Positions 1-11,182 of a stretch of DNA of 56,994 bases are shown here, in pieces. Each line of letters begins with the position of its first letter. The stretch's first letter is position 1. The notes below the pieces were generated by a model. That model was given only the letters and a program-made list of their open reading frames with translations. It searched no databases and was not told where the DNA came from. The stretch is from a virus. Its lineage: Duplodnaviria; Caudoviricetes. The position numbers and the translations under genes were made by a program. Location of the stretch: positions 1-56,994 of IMG/VR virus record IMGVR_UViG_3300042197_003393. One strand, written 5' to 3'.

Positions 1-1120
<1,120 letters not shown>

Positions 1121-1124
<4 letters not shown>

Positions 1125-1348
1125 ACGACATACCTCGTCACTACGAAAGAGGTAAGGCTCAATAGATTAATAAACGGGCAGATTCCAGATGGTAAGAGCC
1201 ACCAAGGAATAATTAAAAATAAAGCCAAGAACACCGCAGCGAAGACCATGTTCTTCTTAGTGAATAATGCTAAAATTATACCGCTAACGACACTGATAGT
1301 GCATGTGACCATGACAACGATTGAAGCCATCAATGCAAGACTTTCCAT
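1121..1348 (-). CDS. small membrane protein
   Basis: 75 aa, almost entirely hydrophobic, 2-3 TM segments; coupled to neighbours. Confidence 0.6.
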
Positions 1349-1350
1349 AA

Positions 1351-2235
1351 CTATCCTTTCATATATTCTTTACCGCGCCTCACGAGATCTGAAGCCTTAC
1401 TTAGCAAAATCTTGCGCGTCTCCGGTGATAACATCGCCAAAGCGTGCTCATTAAACCCATCTAATGGCTTAGCTGCCTTTATAGCTAACTTCTCAAGATC
1501 TGGATCGCCGAATTTACCATTCTTTCGTGCGCTCAGTAACCAATCCTCTAATCTATCAGAGAGGTCAGATGTCTTATAAAAATGATATGTTGAGTCTGCT
1601 GGCAGATGTAAGATTATCCCTCTTGGTATGTTAATATCGCTGTTTCGCCTGATGATGAGGCGGTATAGACTGACTTGCATACTATACTTCACTTCCTCGC
1701 AGCATGGCAAATCATCAAATGGTGGCAGCATCATCTCTCGTGCATTCTTCCTCACCATAAACTTACCTGTCTTCCAATCGAACATGCAATATTCGGACCC
1801 ATTCATTTGCAAAATAGCATCGCAACGACCCGCTATACCTAATTCCATATCGCCTATAGTCCATTCCTGTTTATAGACGGAGACTTTAAAAAGCTGTTTT
1901 AGCTTCTCCCACGCTAGATCAAACTGCTGCATCTCATGCATGTGTTCATTTAATGCCTTGAACAGATCTAATGCATCACCATTCAACACCATCTCGGCGT
2001 AGGCATGGACTTTTGTTCCCTTGCTTAATCCTTGATCCCGCTTAGCATCCCATTCGATTTGTATTTCGGCCTTCGATCTGCCGGTTTCAAATGACTTCGC
2101 TGCTAGAGCTGATTCAGCATCAAATTGAGGGGTAATCCATTTCAACACTGACGTGACGGGCATCAAGCTTGTGCCCTCACATCTATATGTATGGGACTTT
2201 GGATCAAAGACGATTTTATTAAAGTCGGTAGACAC
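1351..2235 (-). CDS. PD-(D/E)XK family exonuclease
   Basis: PVTSVL, GTKVH, AGRCDAI, FDWKTGK, YSMQVSLY motifs. Confidence 0.85.
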   Translation of the reverse strand: MSTDFNKIVFDPKSHTYRCEGTSLMPVTSVLKWITPQFDAESALAAKSFETGRSKAEIQIEWDAKRDQGLSKGTKVHAYAEMVLNGDALDLFKALNEHMHEMQQFDLAWEKLKQLFKVSVYKQEWTIGDMELGIAGRCDAILQMNGSEYCMFDWKTGKFMVRKNAREMMLPPFDDLPCCEEVKYSMQVSLYRLIIRRNSDINIPRGIILHLPADSTYHFYKTSDLSDRLEDWLLSARKNGKFGDPDLEKLAIKAAKPLDGFNEHALAMLSPETRKILLSKASDLVRRGKEYMKG

Positions 2236-2306
2236 GTTCGTTGACCTCGGACTATATTTTTATAATACCATTCTCAATATACAAAGATACCAAAAGGAGA
2301 CTTGCC

Positions 2307-2840
2307 ATGTTTAAAGCTCATCTCATTAGTCTTTCGCGTGGTCAGTCCTATAGTGACGTGGAAGTATTAGAATATAAACACGGTGATTTCGAACGACTCA
2401 CGATACCATCTCCATTTGGCTCTCGTACGGTCGCATTCTTCCACCGTGGTGAATTGATTCTCGCACACCCATGGGGAGTAAGACTTATACACTTGGATCA
2501 CAAGCCCCGAGGTAGTGGGCCCAAATGCTTCGAGTTTGATCGTATTATTCTAGATGGTGATATAAGCTACGCAGACGGTGTCTATATAGATGACGATTAC
2601 TTCGCCGAATATAGCATACCCGACTTGTTCGAAGACCCTGGGGAAGTTATAGATCAAGTATCCTTTTCATGCAATCAAGGCGTATTCATTACTCATGACG
2701 CCAATGTAGTCAGTATAATTAAAAAGCATCCGAGAAAGACTAGAGGAGTGACAAAGTCTGAAAATCCCAATACTGCATACATTAACAGATTCACCGCAGA
2801 TGAAGGACTTAAACACAAGAAGATCAATCGTCGTAACTAG
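2307..2840 (+). CDS. hypothetical protein
   Basis: AAGGAGA RBS before ATG at 2307 (track starts at TTG 2241). Confidence 0.6.
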   Translation: MFKAHLISLSRGQSYSDVEVLEYKHGDFERLTIPSPFGSRTVAFFHRGELILAHPWGVRLIHLDHKPRGSGPKCFEFDRIILDGDISYADGVYIDDDYFAEYSIPDLFEDPGEVIDQVSFSCNQGVFITHDANVVSIIKKHPRKTRGVTKSENPNTAYINRFTADEGLKHKKINRRN

Positions 2841-3396
2841 TCATTGCCTGCGCTGCCATACTTTCAGCATTCTTAATGTTTAAATATTCGACCGCATTTT
2901 TACCGTGGCGGGCCACCACGTCAGCAAAGCCATCTCCTACATTCCAATCTGCACGCTTGAGTGTCAACACTGGCCTGCCGTGGTCGTCCGTCACTATTAC
3001 CTCCTCGTCTCCCTTCTTGTCTTCATTATCGTCGTTGACCTCCTCCTTCTTATTCTTCTTTATTTTCTTCTTCTTAATAGCCACATGCGCCAGTTCATGA
3101 TCCACCACCGCTAACTTCGACTCTGATGATAAGGAACGCCAGGCGCCAGCGTCTACCAGCATCTCTACATCAAAATCCTTAGAGACACGATCCTTACCTT
3201 TTACACACCTGACAGTCGCCACTACGGGATATCCACTACTTTTAACAGCAGGTTTATCGACATTGTCACTATATGCAAATATTACCCCGATTTTTACCTT
3301 ATAATCATATAGTTCTTTATGCCATGACTGCATAGCCTTATCCATAAGCAACCAAATATCGGCACTAGGTACAGCTTTCCAATAAGTAGTAGGCAT
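2824..3396 (-). CDS. putative phage metallopeptidase (HExxH)
   Basis: W..LS.ESK.AVVDHELAH and C-terminal GF..VV.RHG pattern; Lys/Glu-rich loop after HExxH. Confidence 0.75.
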   Translation of the reverse strand: MPTTYWKAVPSADIWLLMDKAMQSWHKELYDYKVKIGVIFAYSDNVDKPAVKSSGYPVVATVRCVKGKDRVSKDFDVEMLVDAGAWRSLSSESKLAVVDHELAHVAIKKKKIKKNKKEEVNDDNEDKKGDEEVIVTDDHGRPVLTLKRADWNVGDGFADVVARHGKNAVEYLNIKNAESMAAQAMTSYDD

Positions 3397-3407
3397 GAAA
3401 TGACTCC

Positions 3408-4007
3408 TTACGACGGCAAGTAACCTCTGTTTCTGTTATGTTCGTAAACTAGACGACCGATCTCAGCCCAAAAATACTTCTCCAACATTCTATTAGACAC
3501 CGAATGAGTTCTTTTAATCTCCTCGTTAACCAAAACACGTTCAGCTTTTACCGGGTATTGGTGAGAGAATCGTTCTATATATTGTTCGGCTAAAGCCTTC
3601 AAAAGATGCGCTGAAGTATTCTCCAGCGCTTCGCTTGTCATCGGCAATTTAATGTTCACTGTCTCGGATACCGCCATCGCTCTGTTTATCTCCACTCGTT
3701 CCTTCACGGTCGGGTCGGTAGGCAAAATCATACGTCGATTTTCGCGTCTTGAGCTCAAATTAGCATAGCATTGCTCTAAAGTCAACACGGTCTTAATTAC
3801 ATGATTTCCATTGTCATCGACAACTACCGGAAAAACCATTCGTTGCGCATCATTGTACAACAGATACTCGTTATTTAGCTGTCCACCAAACACAATCGCA
3901 TCACATAAATACGTTTCCAAAGAATCTGACACATGTATAAATCTCTCCCTAAGCCGCATGCGCGCATGATCGGTAATTAAATATATAGATGAGTCACCTT
4001 GGCTCAT
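3408..4007 (-). CDS. hypothetical protein with N-terminal 'ITDHARMRLRERF...VIKTV' domain (DUF4258/RelE-like fold possible)
   Basis: motif resemblance only. Confidence 0.5.
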   Translation of the reverse strand: MSQGDSSIYLITDHARMRLRERFIHVSDSLETYLCDAIVFGGQLNNEYLLYNDAQRMVFPVVVDDNGNHVIKTVLTLEQCYANLSSRRENRRMILPTDPTVKERVEINRAMAVSETVNIKLPMTSEALENTSAHLLKALAEQYIERFSHQYPVKAERVLVNEEIKRTHSVSNRMLEKYFWAEIGRLVYEHNRNRGYLPS

Positions 4008-4032
4008 AATTATTCACGATTCTAAAAATACT

Positions 4033-4707
4033 TTGACACAATCTTTGTGTGCTATTATTAGTCTTTTCCGAGACAACGTTAAAGACGTAATAAGGCTGAC
4101 GAATGAACGGATGGCTTGGACAGTAAACCAAGATCATTTACTACATATCTGCGTTGAGGGTGATAGCGTCGATGACACCTATTCTAAATTGATGCGCATT
4201 AAAGGGATAAACACTAGGATCATTAAAAAGGACCTAGGTAACATAAGATATGGAAGCTATGCAATACCTGAACGCTTGCAAGTTCTCGCCACTTTATGGA
4301 ACGCAGGACTAGAAGCCGCGATAGATGCTAAAGCCAACTATGTGCTGATCCTAGATTCTGATATAAAAGTGGGACCGCATGCATTAGCTAGACTCTTAGG
4401 TCGACAAAAAGACGTAGTGGCTCCCATGTTAATGTGGGAAAAACGCCCCACTTATTTTCGCGATACTTGGGGATATTTCAAAGGGAGTCGTGATTTCCAA
4501 AGCCGTCCACCATACCACAAAGCTTATGATCAGAATAATTTGTTTGAAGTGGATGGAGCCGGCGTGCTACTCATTCGTGCTGAAGTATTAAACAAGGGAG
4601 CACGCTTCGACAATATGGAAGTCAGAGGCTTTTGCGGACAAATACGAAAATTAGGATTTAAGATTTACGTAGATCCTAAGACTCATGTGCACCATCCGGA
4701 GATATAA
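4033..4707 (+). CDS. glycosyltransferase, GT-A/GT2-like
   Basis: EGDSVDDT, WNAGL, YVLILDSD (DxD), KDVVAP, GFKIYVDP...HH. Confidence 0.8.
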   Translation: MTQSLCAIISLFRDNVKDVIRLTNERMAWTVNQDHLLHICVEGDSVDDTYSKLMRIKGINTRIIKKDLGNIRYGSYAIPERLQVLATLWNAGLEAAIDAKANYVLILDSDIKVGPHALARLLGRQKDVVAPMLMWEKRPTYFRDTWGYFKGSRDFQSRPPYHKAYDQNNLFEVDGAGVLLIRAEVLNKGARFDNMEVRGFCGQIRKLGFKIYVDPKTHVHHPEI

Positions 4708-5087
4708 TGAAAATTATTAGCCATGCTAATGAAGTATACGCCTTAATTATTAATATCCACGTTCATAATGGATTCATGACGCCTAACGACTGTACCCTTC
4801 AAGTTGGCGTCATTGAATGCGACACATCATATGAGGTCAAGAGACATGCACACACACCATTGTCTCGAAGGTTTATAGGCACTTCTGAAGTCATACAAAT
4901 CATAAGTGGACATTGCTCCTTGTCCATCTTTTGTGGGGATGAATTGCTCGAGTCCGTGGACTTACTATCGGGAGATATTGCAGTCATCTTGGCCGGTGGC
5001 CATAGCATTAAATTTTACCAAAAAACGAAGTTTGTAGAAATAAAACATGGGCCTTATTTAGGACCCAAGGAAAAGGTCCTTTACTGA
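4707..5087 (+). CDS. cupin-fold sugar-nucleotide modifying protein
   Basis: HAH...TSEV.....G...GDI.....GGHS..F.....F.EIK.GPY cupin pattern typical of O-antigen loci. Confidence 0.75.
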   Translation: MKIISHANEVYALIINIHVHNGFMTPNDCTLQVGVIECDTSYEVKRHAHTPLSRRFIGTSEVIQIISGHCSLSIFCGDELLESVDLLSGDIAVILAGGHSIKFYQKTKFVEIKHGPYLGPKEKVLY

Positions 5088-6169
5088 TGATACCCGTATG
5101 TAATCCAATATTAGACGATATAGAAGCAGAAGCCGCACTTAAGACCGTGCAATCTGGTTGGATCGGCGGCATTGGGCCTAACATCGAAGCCTTCGAAAAA
5201 GCATGGGCTGACTACTGCGGCCGTAAGCACGGCGTAGCCGTTAACAACGGTACCTCGGCACTCATCGCCGCTGTGCACGCACTCGATCTGCCATCTGGTA
5301 GCGAAATTTTAATTCCGTCCTTTACGATCATCTCTTGTGCATTAGCCGCTATTTACAATGGATGTAAGCCAATTTTCGTAGACGTCGATCCTGAATACTG
5401 GAATATCGACCAATATCAAATCATAAATCATCTTACTGATAAGACTAAGGCGATAATGCCGGTTCATATGTACGGTCATCCTGCTAATATGGATCATATT
5501 ATTTCACTGGCTAATACGTTTAAACTGCACATCATAGAGGACGCTGCGCAAGCTCATGGTGCATCTTACAATCAGCTCGGCATGAGACGCATGGCTGGCA
5601 GTCAAGGCAGCGTATCCTGCTTCAGTTTTTATAGCAATAAACTTATATCGACCGGCGAAGGCGGCATGATACTCACTGACAATGAAGAATATGCGGAGAG
5701 AATGCGTAATTATCGTAACTTGTGCTTTGGTAAAGGGAATAAGAGATTCGAGCATGTCGGTCTGGGCAACAATTTACGCATGACCAACATCCAGGCTGCC
5801 ATTGGACTTGCACAGATGACCAAGCTGACTTGGCAACTCGACAAAAAACGACACCTTAAGACCAGATATAAAGAAGGCCTAAAGAAGCTACCGATAAGAT
5901 TTCAAAAAGATAGACACGGCTATGAGTCATCTCATTGGATGACCGGCATATTAATAGACGGGAATGCATCTGAATTAATCGATTTTCTAAGATCTAATAA
6001 TATAGAGGCCAGACCATTCTTTAGTGATTTAAATAATCATTTCTATGGCAAGCGTTTACCTACTAGCTCACTACTCGCTCATAAAGGCCTCTATCTACCG
6101 TCATCTTCAGACATTTCTGAAGACTCTCTCGACAAAGTCATTTCTGCCATATACGACTTTTACAATTGA
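5087..6169 (+). CDS. DegT/DnrJ/EryC1/StrS aminotransferase, GDP-perosamine synthase-like
   Basis: NNGTSAL, MPVHMYGHP, IEDAAQAHG, SFYSNKLISTGEGGM (PLP Lys), GNNLRMTNIQAAIG, GLYLPS. Confidence 0.9.
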   Translation: MIPVCNPILDDIEAEAALKTVQSGWIGGIGPNIEAFEKAWADYCGRKHGVAVNNGTSALIAAVHALDLPSGSEILIPSFTIISCALAAIYNGCKPIFVDVDPEYWNIDQYQIINHLTDKTKAIMPVHMYGHPANMDHIISLANTFKLHIIEDAAQAHGASYNQLGMRRMAGSQGSVSCFSFYSNKLISTGEGGMILTDNEEYAERMRNYRNLCFGKGNKRFEHVGLGNNLRMTNIQAAIGLAQMTKLTWQLDKKRHLKTRYKEGLKKLPIRFQKDRHGYESSHWMTGILIDGNASELIDFLRSNNIEARPFFSDLNNHFYGKRLPTSSLLAHKGLYLPSSSDISEDSLDKVISAIYDFYN

Positions 6170-6900
6170 GCCACATATAATTTATGCCACGCCAATGGTG
6201 CATTAATGCATCTTTGAGGTTTTCGCGCCTCAAGCACTTTATAACCATGGTATGCCAAATGCGCTTCTAATTCAAGATTAAAGAAGTACCTCACTCTATG
6301 ATTCTCGCTTCTTATCGTCAACGAATCGGAAGTATGCGTATACCACGTATATTCGCAAGTGCAAAGATTTTTATCGAGTGCCAACCTTGGCCGCACGACT
6401 CTAACTATAGACGCATTGCCGACTGAATATTGCTTGACCCGCTCAGTTGGCCTTTCTTGCAAAACGCTATGGCCATTCCATACATCGAAAATAAATAATC
6501 CGCCTGGCAACAAATGCTGTTTAATATTAGCAATCGTCGATTTAACATCATCATTAGTACTTTGATATCCAAGCACGGCATTCATCATGATTATGACATT
6601 AAATTTTCTATCTATGTTAAAGCCCTTAGCATCTCCTTGGTACAATGGTACCTGCAACTTATTACGGCAAATTGACAACATTGCGTCTGATAAGTCCACT
6701 CCACTTACGTTATAATCGTTTTGCAATTTAGACAAGTGCACCCCTGTACCGCAGCCGACATCTAGCAGTGACCTCTTGACAACCGAAAAATCCATATATT
6801 TGGCAATGCTATCAGTAACGTCTTTTATATCCCCATCAAAGTCATGGTCGTAATAAAGATCATCGTAAATAGCCGCATAGTCCTGCCCAAATACTGTCAT
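6160..6900 (-). CDS. class I SAM-dependent methyltransferase (sugar N-/O-methyltransferase-like)
   Basis: YAAIYD..Y, LLDVGCGTG, GVDLS..ML, HL.PGGLFIFD, E.HRVRYF. Confidence 0.88.
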   Translation of the reverse strand: MTVFGQDYAAIYDDLYYDHDFDGDIKDVTDSIAKYMDFSVVKRSLLDVGCGTGVHLSKLQNDYNVSGVDLSDAMLSICRNKLQVPLYQGDAKGFNIDRKFNVIIMMNAVLGYQSTNDDVKSTIANIKQHLLPGGLFIFDVWNGHSVLQERPTERVKQYSVGNASIVRVVRPRLALDKNLCTCEYTWYTHTSDSLTIRSENHRVRYFFNLELEAHLAYHGYKVLEARKPQRCINAPLAWHKLYVAQL

Positions 6901-6925
6901 AACTACCTCCAGATATACATATAGA

Positions 6926-7861
6926 ATGGCACTTCGTAACTGTTTACTATTCGCAGTATGGGTACCGCCTGGTAAGATTCATAGGCTTTATGATTATATT
7001 TCATTATTTAATACATACCTTCATAATTTCGATATTTACGTGGGAATAAACCATGGCACTGATAAATATGTGCCAGTAATATTAAAAGAGCTTAAAAATG
7101 TGGTCTACATAGGTCATGTAAAACCCGAATTAACCGTCGACTCCGACGCATCAGCCTTCATTAACATCATTGACCACTTAAAACGTAGTGAAGCATCCTA
7201 TAATCATGCATATTTTATGCACACCAAGGGGATGAGTTATGGTGATGATCCTAGTCAGAATTTCAACTATCGTAAAAACTTTTACCAGCATACCGTTAAT
7301 CTGGTTAAATCCATAGATAATATATCAAAATTGTTTGCTCTTAATAGCGAAATTGGCGGCTGGTGCCAATATGGCGGTATACATAAAGGCGACGCCGACT
7401 ATGAGCACAATATCAGTGTCGACCCGTTCCCTTGGCCACATACCTATTTTGAACCTTCTCATGGCTATTCAGGCGTATTATGGTTATTCACTAACTATGT
7501 CATAAGATTCGATATCTTAAAACGGTTCATTAAAAAATTACCGCAAACATTTTTCACCACTAACATCGGATATAGGTATTATTTCGAATTCATCTTTCCA
7601 CTCATAATTGATCTGATGGGATACATTAAGCATGTCGAAGAATGGTGTCCATATACGTGGAGAACTGATGTCGGTTGGCATGTGCGTGAATTTAATAGTC
7701 GGCATGAATTCATGTTACACCGTTGGCGCAATAAGATGACTAAATTTGTCCATAATTGTGCTGATCATAAAATTCATACTATAAATAGCATAACTTATTG
7801 TCTAAATTGCGGACATCATTTGCACAATGGTATTTGGTATCCATTCGATAAAGAGCCATAA
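6926..7861 (+). CDS. hypothetical protein, probable glycosyltransferase-related (YFMHTKG motif), C-terminal Cys/His cluster
   Basis: 311-aa AT-rich ORF; H-T-K-G motif and R.Y.E pattern seen in polysaccharide-locus proteins. Confidence 0.5.
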   Translation: MALRNCLLFAVWVPPGKIHRLYDYISLFNTYLHNFDIYVGINHGTDKYVPVILKELKNVVYIGHVKPELTVDSDASAFINIIDHLKRSEASYNHAYFMHTKGMSYGDDPSQNFNYRKNFYQHTVNLVKSIDNISKLFALNSEIGGWCQYGGIHKGDADYEHNISVDPFPWPHTYFEPSHGYSGVLWLFTNYVIRFDILKRFIKKLPQTFFTTNIGYRYYFEFIFPLIIDLMGYIKHVEEWCPYTWRTDVGWHVREFNSRHEFMLHRWRNKMTKFVHNCADHKIHTINSITYCLNCGHHLHNGIWYPFDKEP

Positions 7862-7886
7862 CAGTTATGATAATCATCTAATATAC

Positions 7887-7918
7887 AAAAAAAAGGGCCT
7901 AGGTTATTACCTAGGCCC
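7887..7918 (-). terminator. Rho-independent terminator of the major capsid gene
   Basis: 10-bp stem GGGCCTAGGT/ACCTAGGCCC (7895-7918), 4-nt loop, followed by T8 on the minus strand. Confidence 0.9.
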
Positions 7919-7945
7919 CTTATGCGTAACCCTTGAGTTTATTAC

Positions 7946-9547
7946 TTACAGATTGCTAACGTTGATGGTGGCGTAGTACAGACCACCGTCCTCAATCAGC
8001 TTTTTACCGTATCGGGTCATGATGCCCTTATTCGGCGTGAAGCTGTTCGGGTCGAGGACCGTCGGGGTGCTGAGCAGCGGAATGTACGGAGCATAGAAGT
8101 AGCCCGCATCCAGCACGCTATTACCCTTAAAGCCCAAGAGGATCTTGCAATTCGGGAAGAGAGGATCCTTGTAGATCCGCAGCTTGCCCTGAATCGTGCC
8201 GACATTCATGATTCCCACATCAACGCCTTCCGTCGTGAAGGCATCGGATGCGCGGAAGTCATTCAGCTGCTCAAACTTCGAGCAGATGTCAGCCGACATC
8301 ACCATCCAGTTAGCAGGGCCACGGAGGGTGGTCCTATGGATGATATTTGCGACCTCGAGGGTCTTGTACATCAGCGCAATGTTACGGTCGGTGAAGTTCA
8401 CCGAGGCACCAGCCGCCGTAGCGAAGTTATGATCAGCGCGAATTGCTGCCGCAATGATCAAGTCGTTGATGATTTCACGGTCGATTTCGGCGACCATCTC
8501 ATCGGCCATCAAGTCCGTCAAGGTGGACTCAGCGTCGATGTTGTGCACCGACTTGAGATCCTGAGCAGCTTCTAAGGACCACGAGGTCTTGAGCTTGCGG
8601 GTGATCGCAGCGACTGAATCGCTATCGATGCTCAAGGTCACTTCAGGCTGGAAGGGATTAGCTTCGAGATCATACTCGTAATTAACCCTAGCCACAGCAC
8701 CAGCCGGGAAGCTACCGGCGCTGAGGGTCACCTGAACCGCACCTGTGGTGTGATTGAAGGTGGTGGCGCCAGTCGTGGTGGTATCGACAGCAAGGGTGGT
8801 GGTGAATTCTGTGCAGTCACCCACAAGCACCGTGTCAGGCGAGCCGTCGGAGTCAAAGCTGACCCTGAGGCAAGGAACGGCGTCATCGCAGTTCGGGCTT
8901 GCATCAGCTTCGGTAGCGAACACTTCAACTACCACCGTGCCGGCAAGGACCGGACGGTGCGCAAGAGTAGCGCTGACAACGGTGTCGCCAGAAATCGTGG
9001 CGTCCTCACCCTTGACCTCTTGCGAAGAATAATAAGGGTCAAGAGCCCAACCATTCTGACGGGCGTAGCTCTGCGCCGTGTTTTGGCGCATGATTTGCGT
9101 TCCGGCGACCGTCTGGCCCTTTGAGAGAGCATAACGATAGCGGATGTAGAAAATCAAGCTAGCGGGTTGGCTCATCGGTTGAACGCCGACAAGATTATCA
9201 GCAATCAGCTTCGGGTAGCTCTTGCGAATCAGAGGAAGAGCAAAACGGGTGAAGTCAGCGATATTGGCAGTGGTCGTCTGATCTTCGAAAATCACCGAGC
9301 GATTCTCGGGATTATTGTGCTTGAACTGATTCTCAAGAATCGAAGCCATGAGGCCGAATTTCTGCTGAGGCACCTCACGGCACTTCTGCAAAACTGGCGT
9401 CCACTTCTTCACTAAGCCGTTCTTCTTAGCTTCATGAAGGACCTGAGCCTTATGAAGGTCAGTTTCTTCAGTAATCGGTCTGCGACCAGCGCCGGCACCT
9501 TCGACCAAATGGCGGCGTTGCTGGTTGTTGCTGCGTGAAGGTAACAT
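7946..9547 (-). CDS. gp23: major capsid protein, T4 gp23-like
   Basis: ILENQ, LIR.SYP.LIA..LVGVQPM..P...IFY.R, TRKLK..WS.EAAQDL...H.IDAE..L, EIDREI, DAGYFYAPY.PL, DP.SFTP..G..TRYG; GGAG RBS before ATG 9547. Confidence 0.97.
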   Translation of the reverse strand: MLPSRSNNQQRRHLVEGAGAGRRPITEETDLHKAQVLHEAKKNGLVKKWTPVLQKCREVPQQKFGLMASILENQFKHNNPENRSVIFEDQTTTANIADFTRFALPLIRKSYPKLIADNLVGVQPMSQPASLIFYIRYRYALSKGQTVAGTQIMRQNTAQSYARQNGWALDPYYSSQEVKGEDATISGDTVVSATLAHRPVLAGTVVVEVFATEADASPNCDDAVPCLRVSFDSDGSPDTVLVGDCTEFTTTLAVDTTTTGATTFNHTTGAVQVTLSAGSFPAGAVARVNYEYDLEANPFQPEVTLSIDSDSVAAITRKLKTSWSLEAAQDLKSVHNIDAESTLTDLMADEMVAEIDREIINDLIIAAAIRADHNFATAAGASVNFTDRNIALMYKTLEVANIIHRTTLRGPANWMVMSADICSKFEQLNDFRASDAFTTEGVDVGIMNVGTIQGKLRIYKDPLFPNCKILLGFKGNSVLDAGYFYAPYIPLLSTPTVLDPNSFTPNKGIMTRYGKKLIEDGGLYYATINVSNL

Positions 9548-9590
9548 GTGCACTCCTATCGTGGAAAAAGTAAATCTATAAACAACAGGC

Positions 9591-10331
9591 TTAGATCAAG
9601 TCATCGTCCATGTTAGCGGCAATGTCGTTAACACCGAATCCAAAACGACCGGCCGGGACATCCGACCTAACATTAGTCGTGTTGGAACGCGGCGGGCGAC
9701 GATCTTGATTCTCGAGGATCGTAGGCCTAGAGGTAACCGGTGCGCTGACGCTTCTCTGCGCATCGATCCTTTTAGGCTGAGCAACGGGAGCTTTACCTTC
9801 AGCTACTACTGAAGTGCCTTCCTGAATGCTCTTCTTAAGTTTGGCATTCTCAGTAGCGAGTTTCCTATTCTGCTTCAGCACCTTTTCGGCGATGGCAGTT
9901 TGGCGGTTCGCAACTTCGATAGCCTTTAACTTATCCTCGTTGGCCTGCTGCATTTTGCGTCTTGCTTTTTCCACGACGGCGGTAGATTGTCCATTTTGTG
10001 CAGCACTGGGCTCTATGCCTTCGAGGAGATTCACGATCCCCTTGAGCCTTACCGCAGCTTCGGACTCTCTCAAAGCCGACTGCTTAGCAAGCTGTGCTTC
10101 AATCGCAGCAGCCTTCGTCTCACAGAAGATTTGAACCCTACGAGCGAGTTCTCTCTTATGTGACTCGGTTTCGTCGATGCAGACCTTTTTGGCCTTCTCG
10201 ACGCGGTTCTTATACTCCGTATCATACATGGAGCGTAAAGAACTCTTATATGTTTCAAGGGCCTCGCAGATACCGCCCACCAACTCGGGGCTGCAGCCAG
10301 CCTTTTCTAACAATGCCTTAATCTTGTTCAT
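9591..10331 (-). CDS. prohead scaffold/core protein (gp22 position)
   Basis: coiled-coil, charged, between protease and capsid genes. Confidence 0.7.
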   Translation of the reverse strand: MNKIKALLEKAGCSPELVGGICEALETYKSSLRSMYDTEYKNRVEKAKKVCIDETESHKRELARRVQIFCETKAAAIEAQLAKQSALRESEAAVRLKGIVNLLEGIEPSAAQNGQSTAVVEKARRKMQQANEDKLKAIEVANRQTAIAEKVLKQNRKLATENAKLKKSIQEGTSVVAEGKAPVAQPKRIDAQRSVSAPVTSRPTILENQDRRPPRSNTTNVRSDVPAGRFGFGVNDIAANMDDDLI

Positions 10332-10356
10332 CGTTACAATCCCCCGATCACTGAAG

Positions 10357-10382
10357 TTATGTTTGCACAGGAATTATAATTA
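10357..10382 (-). promoter_or_regulatory. putative strong late promoter, copy 1
   Basis: TAATTATAATTCCTGTGCAAACATAA; 24/26 identical to 56722-56747. Confidence 0.65.
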
Positions 10383-11168
10383 CTACCTGCCCAGACGACG
10401 TGGATTGGTTACACGCACTGGCTTCTTATCTAAATCGAAATATTTTTCGATCTCTTCGACCAATAATTTTTGGTATGCCTTAGGACTAAATTTATGCCTT
10501 GATTCCTTAATAGGCCTAAGCTTTTTATTAAGTCCTTCTTGTATATTGAGAATAGCACCAGATACGGATGGTTCCGCTACCGTATCCCAAGTGACGAATG
10601 AGTAGCCCGGCATTACTCTGTAGACCTGCTGTCCTTTGCGCTCCATCACTTCCATGTCGCCAACGCCTCTTGATGATATGCCCACTCTTACTTTATGCTC
10701 AAACAGCCCACGAAGGCAAGCGCCACAGGGTAACTTATGCAGCACCTCGGCTTCACCGTAAACCTTACGTCCATCCATCCACACCTTAGTCATCAAGTGA
10801 CTGACACGGTCTAAGTGGATCTTAGCGTCGGCTGGGTGATCAAATTCGCCCATCACTGCCCGCTTAGAAACATCCTCTTGAATATTCTTAACGGCAGGGG
10901 CCAATACAGAATCAGTACAATAATACCTCGAATTAGCATTCTCGGTGTCGCCCATTTGGATGAGCCCAGTGACTCTCATCACTGGCACTTCTCTTCCATT
11001 AATATCTTCTACGACTGTTTTCTTTTGGTCGATTACCTCAAAGGCATATGTGTCCTGGATCAACTGAAGACCGGTTGGAATCACACCGGTCTCAGCGATC
11101 AGGCTACGATTTATCTTAATCCCGCGTTGCTCGTTCACTATATCTACCGACCGTCTACTTGGTATCAT
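10383..11168 (-). CDS. gp21: prohead core protease, T4 gp21-like
   Basis: N.N.RYY, GEFDHP, LDRVSH, VGISSRG.G, TWD.VAEPS. Confidence 0.95.
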   Translation of the reverse strand: MIPSRRSVDIVNEQRGIKINRSLIAETGVIPTGLQLIQDTYAFEVIDQKKTVVEDINGREVPVMRVTGLIQMGDTENANSRYYCTDSVLAPAVKNIQEDVSKRAVMGEFDHPADAKIHLDRVSHLMTKVWMDGRKVYGEAEVLHKLPCGACLRGLFEHKVRVGISSRGVGDMEVMERKGQQVYRVMPGYSFVTWDTVAEPSVSGAILNIQEGLNKKLRPIKESRHKFSPKAYQKLLVEEIEKYFDLDKKPVRVTNPRRLGR

Positions 11169-11182
11169 TGGGGATTCTCCTA

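Noticed and set aside
1351-2235. Cas4 / CRISPR system
   Set aside because: No Cas4 four-Cys Fe-S arrangement, no other cas genes and no repeat-spacer array seen
8017-10605. Many short alternative-frame ORFs over capsid/scaffold (likewise over sheath and tape measure)
   Set aside because: Expected by-products of codon bias in long real genes
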